This document shows positions 1 through 64,000 of a stretch of DNA of 64,000 bases, in pieces. The position numbers were made by a program, and so were the translations under genes. Under the pieces are notes generated by a model, which worked only from the letters and a program-made list of their open reading frames with translations, was not told where the DNA came from and searched no databases. Within the stretch, counting starts at the first letter, position 1. Each line of letters begins with the position of its first letter. This DNA comes from the human T2T-CHM13v2.0 reference genome, Homo sapiens, in assembly GCF_009914755.1 (NCBI RefSeq), contig NC_060925.1; one strand, given 5' to 3'.

Positions 1-64
1 AGCACTTTCAAGTAAAATGTACAAAGAAAAACAATTTGTTACTTAAGCAGAATTAGCTAATCAC

Positions 65-39759
<39,695 letters not shown>

Positions 39760-40104
39760 GTCGGTGGGGCCAGGGACCCCAGTGGCAGCGGCCGACGGGG
39801 TAGAAGCGGAGAAGAAAGGCGAAGACCAGCAGGACCCAGACGCCTGGGCCGCCGCCTCTATCACCTCGCTCGGTGGCTCGCGCGCGCCCGCCCGCCGGAG
39901 ACTCCCGCGGCGGGACCCTGGGAAATCGAGTCCACCCTCAGCGGCAGCGTTTCAGCAACAGCACCTCACCGCCCGCGACCGAAGTGCGCGCGCAGCCGTT
40001 GGAAGCTACGAACCCTGGGAACCCGAGCTCAGAGGCTATCCCTGATCCTCTTGCGCACCCAATTTTCCGGCTTCCAGCTCCACCCACTTCAGGCCTTGTA
40101 GGGC

Positions 40105-40120
40105 TCTGGGAAATGTAGTG
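40105..40120 (-). promoter_or_regulatory. ZNF143/THAP11-HCF1 (ACTACAnnTCCCA) element
   Basis: The minus strand reads CACTACATTTCCCAGA, an exact match to the motif typical of bidirectional promoters. Confidence 0.8.
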
Positions 40121-40344
40121 TTTTTCTCATTCTTTTCCGGGAGCCCAATGCTGCACCGCCCTCTCAGCTTCCGTTTTTCTCCCCGCTCCCCTGGCTCTCC
40201 TATCTCGGCCCCGTAACCGCTGTCCGCACGGTGGCGCCACATACGTACTCGTCACCCCTTGGCCCTCCCTGAAGAGCTGGTGACCTTACCGTCAAAGCCC
40301 CGGGATGCCATGGATCGTCCTCGTTGGCGGCTTCTGGACACTGA

Positions 40345-40358
40345 GCCACTAGAGGGCA
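40345..40358 (+). promoter_or_regulatory. CTCF core motif
   Basis: GCCACTAGAGGGCA matches CCASYAGRKGGCR exactly. Confidence 0.7.
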
Positions 40359-40423
40359 TCGGTCCCGGTAGGGCCGGACGGCAGGCTCCGGGATACCGCC
40401 ACGCTCTCTATGGCGCCCAGAAG

Positions 40424-40432
40424 GGGGCGGGG
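40424..40432 (+). promoter_or_regulatory. GC box (Sp/KLF)
   Basis: GGGGCGGGG. Confidence 0.55.
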
Positions 40433-40485
40433 TGGCGACCGCAGTCGCTTTGGCTGAGGCTCTGCGGGGAAGGGAGGGGGGGCTT

Positions 40486-40494
40486 TTACGTCAT
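40486..40494 (-). promoter_or_regulatory. CRE/ATF-type site
   Basis: ATGACGTAA on the minus strand, just upstream of the ODR4 start region. Confidence 0.55.
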
Positions 40495-40536
40495 CAATCT
40501 GCGCCACCTGACTCCCAAGTCCCTGGCTTTGGAGTG

Positions 40537-40558
40537 GGAAGTGAGGTGTGGGAAGTAG
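40537..40558 (+). promoter_or_regulatory. Tandem ETS (GGAAGT) sites at the ODR4 start region
   Basis: GGGAAGTGAGGTGTGGGAAGTA. Confidence 0.5.
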
Positions 40559-40559
40559 G

Positions 40560-40705
40560 TCGCTTTCTGATGAATTCAGTGGCAGTGAATTGAGACCGGA
40601 GGGAATCTGGCCCCTAGAGGCTGGTACTTGGGCCCGAAACCCCCATCTCCGGCGGAGAGACCGTCCGAGGTAATTGTCTGCCACGAGTGCACATTCTGAA
40701 AACAG
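40560..40705 (+). other. ODR4: ODR4 non-coding exon 1 (5' end approximate)
   Basis: Strong donor CAG|GTAAGT at 40705/40706 at the edge of the CpG island; alternative donor GAG|GTAATT at 40669. Confidence 0.8.
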
Positions 40706-40722
40706 GTAAGTCAGCCTAAGTG

Positions 40723-40724
<2 letters not shown>

Positions 40725-40760
<36 letters not shown>
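40725..40760. repeat. (GT)18 microsatellite
   Basis: Direct count. Confidence 0.95.
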
Positions 40761-40763
<3 letters not shown>

Positions 40764-41732
40764 CTCTTTTCAAGAGAAAAAGGAAGGGACAGTGTTGGAA
40801 CCATATGGACAGTCACTCCGGCACACACTTCTGACGAACTTACCTTGTGTGAAACGGCGTACCTAAATGGTTTTTGGTGGTGGGGAGGTGGCACTGAGTG
40901 ATTCAGTACCCGGGAATTTAAGGACCCGGGTTAATTCTTCAGGAGGAGAATTAAAAGAAACCGGTAGCACTTTGAGTGTAGCCTATGTTTTAAATTTTTC
41001 GTTGCAGAAACGGTTACCTAACATTATATTGTTTTTAAAATTGAAAACTGTTGTAACTGAAGTTTTTAAACACATTGTTAATTTCTACAGTAACAGAACT
41101 TGTATGGTTCCAGATCATAATTCTGTAGTTTTAAAGCTCAATCCGTAGATTGTTTCGTGTTTACTCTTATGAAAGAATTTGTTAAATTATTCATTGTAAA
41201 TAATGCATTCCCAGTGTCGTCTCTCTGCAGTTCCCACAGTCGTGGGCCTTCTGTGAATTGGTGATTTAGTTCTTATATGAAATTTATTCTTTTTCTCTAG
41301 TTCTTACTTTTGAATCATGTTGTGAAGCCGTCTAAGAAATATAAATGGAAGCATTTTATGATATTTTGTAATAACTAAGGAAAAATAAATCAACAGCGGA
41401 GCTTAAGGTTGATTTTTCCCCAAAAATATTTTTTAGATAAGCATTGTAATTAAAGTTGCTGGTATATGAAGTATTATGCTATGTCCTAAGCCCACAGTAT
41501 TATCATACTGTTGATCTGTCATTTGGGAAATGTAGATTTTTCTGTACTTAGATTCACAGAATCCTAAAATTAGATAGGTTTTCAGATCTGCTAGGATTCA
41601 AATGCTTTATTTTATAGATTAGGAAACCAGAGCCCAGAAAGGTTGAGTTGTGTCAGTCACAGTGCTTGGACCACAAAGGCTTTGGCTGATATACAACATT
41701 TCTGGAAAATTATGACCCTATAAGGCAAAATA

Positions 41733-42051
41733 CAGTTGTCCCTTGGTATCCGTGGGGCATTGGTTCCAGGACCCTCTCACCTGCCCACCCCATGGATATG
41801 AAATCCATGGATGCTCCAGTTCCTTATATTAAATGGTGTAGCATTTGCATATCTTAAATCATCTCTAAGTTACTTATAATACCTAATACAATGTAAATGC
41901 TATAGTTGTTATATTATATTGTTTAGGGAATAGTGACAAGAAAAAACATCTTTAATGATACAGATGTAATCATGCTTTAAAAAAATAATTTTTCAATCTG
42001 TGGTTGGTTGAATACATGGAAGTGGAAACCACAGATGTGGAAAGCTGACTA
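41733..42051 (+). mobile_element. MER2-type Tigger MITE
   Basis: TA|CAGTTGTCCCTTGGTATCCGTGGGGCATTGGTTCCAGGACCC..GCTGACTA. Confidence 0.8.
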
Positions 42052-42502
42052 TATACATTTTTAGTACTGCCTTTTATAAAGTATGGTTGACTACATTTAA
42101 AAATTTTGAAAGAGCACTAAAGAAAAATTTATCTGACATTCAATCAGATTTCATAATTGAATAGATTTTCATCTCCCTATTACATTCAGTTTCTTACACA
42201 TTAATATGGCTACTAGGTGACACCCTAGAAGAAATAAGGTTAAAAGGTTAAATATAACTTTAGAATTACTTGTATTTGTTGCAAGAATTAAGAATTATTA
42301 GACCAGAAGGAAAAGGAGTATAATATGATATAGAGGAAAGTAGATACATAGAATTGCATACCTTAAGGCATTACTAAAAGGTAAAAGCCCTTAACTTCAC
42401 AGAGGCAACAGTGATATTTAGACAAGCATTCCTAGACTTAGTCTCTAAAAAATGATATGCAAATCTGATTCACGTCTATTGTTGTCAAAAAAGAGCTAGG
42501 AA

Positions 42503-42815
<313 letters not shown>

Positions 42816-43364
42816 TTAATGTATTTTGAGACAAAACTGAACAAGCTCATTGAAACAATAAGGAAACAGCCTCCAGTAGGACATTTCAGACTTGAATCCA
42901 TTCTCTGGGCTTTAGTTTTAAAATGCAAAACCGTTTTGTGACTGACAGTTTACTGGTATCAGATATACCACCCCAGCATATCTCTGGTAGCCTTAACTTT
43001 GTGGTACTGAATAAGATTCACATTTTTAACAGAATCCAAATGATGATGATTCCTAAATTGCAGTGTTCAAAATACTGTAACTGTGTTCCTGCAGTCTCTG
43101 TTTGTTTTATAGCTCTTTTGGATATCATCTCTTTTACATTTTCATCCTCACTGATTATGAACTCCTTGATTTAATCATTCATTATATTGCCTAGCTCTTT
43201 TATTCAATATCTTTGGTTTTAAGCTATAGAAATGCAAATCAAAGGAGCATAAGCCAATAGAGGGAATGAATATACTGACTTCCATCCACAGACCAGAGAG
43301 AAAACAGAGTAAGAGCTACCCGTAGTAATGATTTAATTGAAGGACTGGTTACGATTCCTCATTA

Positions 43365-43612
43365 TGAGCGTGGTGTTGAAAAACATGGATTCTAGAGCCA
43401 GAGTGTCTGAATTTAAGTCCCTCCTTTGCCACTTACCCAGCTTTGTCACTTTGGCAAGTTATTTAATCAACTTTTCTCATTTCAGTTTCTTCATCTATAA
43501 AATGAGGATTATAATAATGGTACCCACTTCCTGGGGTTTTATGAATTATTAATGTTACATGGAAAGTACTTACAATAATGTGTTGTACAAAGTAGAAGCT
43601 ATATGTTGTTAT
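43365..43612 (+). mobile_element. MIR
   Basis: TTGGCAAGTTATTTAA..TCAGTTTCTTCATCTATAAAATGAGGAT. Confidence 0.72.
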
Positions 43613-43899
43613 TGTATTGCTATTTATCTACTTAAATAACTCTTACTGTAGTATGTATTGCTCAAGGACAGAGATTGTGTTGCTCATCTTTGTGTTATCC
43701 CACTTAGCATAGTTTCTAAGCAAATAGTATAGTTCTTTCATATATGCTTATCAAGTAAATGAATTTGACTCTACCTCCTAATGAACTATTCAGAAATTCA
43801 TGTTTACGATTTTAGCAATGAGAACACCAAGACTTAGCAATAGAGTATCAAAGATAATACAACTAGGGAGTAGATCTAAAATAAGAAATCTGGTGTGTT

Positions 43900-44200
<301 letters not shown>

Positions 44201-44522
44201 AGAAATCTGGTGTGTTGCTTACTATTTAGTATCCTCTCCCTTATCCCAGGTATGAGTAAAAGGTTTGATCTCTCATGTCAACTCTGGTTGATTTGTGGTT
44301 GTTTCCTGCTGCATTGTATTGAGAAGAACTCTGGAACTGCATCTGAACTTTGCAAGAAGGAATACACTATGTAATAAGTATTTGCTGCAAGGCATGAGAT
44401 AGCCTCAGGATAGTATCACTTCTCTTGCTAAACTACTCCCATGATAAAGACATTGCAAATGATATTTTACCTAAATGCTGTATCTTTTCTTCTTGTGATA
44501 TAGGAGATTTTAGTTCCTAAAA

Positions 44523-63787
<19,265 letters not shown>

Positions 63788-63951
63788 TTATGAGTATAAA
63801 ATAAGTACTTTTTTGCGTATCTTCAACTGATATAGTAATAAGATATCAAGATATAGCAGATACGTCATCTTTTATAGCTACCTATCTATATTTTCAAGCA
63901 GTATATCATCTTTTATTATTGGATGAAAATTTTTCAGTTGCTACTCAGATT

Positions 63952-64000
63952 TTTTTTTTTTTTTTTAGACAGAGTCTCACTGTGTTGCCCAGGCTGGGGT
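63952..64000 (-). mobile_element. Alu 3' end, cut by the window edge
   Basis: Poly-T then AGACAGAGTCTCACTGTGTTGCCCAGGCTGG. Confidence 0.85.

Noticed and set aside
40259-40894. 99-aa (+) and 181-aa (-) ORFs across the promoter
   Set aside because: CpG-island shadow ORFs; one translates the GT microsatellite (HTHTHT).

Overview
Human (primate) genomic DNA, recognisable as chr1q31.1. It holds two head-to-head genes sharing a CpG-island promoter at about 39.6-40.7 kb. TPR (nuclear basket coiled-coil nucleoporin) is on the minus strand: coding exons 1-34 (codons 1-1637, 4911 nt) were traced by hand and splice in frame. ODR4/C1orf27 is on the plus strand: exons 1-11, about codons 1-333. The introns carry 23 Alu-family elements, a MER11 solo LTR, a full-length Tigger2 fossil, piggyBac/Tigger/hAT MITEs, L1 fragments and a truncated 5S rRNA retrocopy. 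Main observations: (1) the ODR4 exon 11 donor reads G|TTATGAGT rather than G|GT, an apparent splice-donor loss with an in-frame cryptic rescue 6 nt downstream; (2) it sits on a haplotype that also appears to carry TPR V779I and ODR4 S251C; (3) ODR4 intron 5 is U12-type and TPR intron 5 is GC-AG; (4) the TPR 5' leader is a stop-free 64-codon in-frame extension with a GUG candidate start; (5) several TPR junctions reconstitute 5' splice sites; (6) there are two candidate poison exons, a 92-nt orphan hairpin and two apparent templated-insertion scars. Comparisons to reference proteins and repeat consensus sequences are from memory and need checking. No new multi-gene system is supported.
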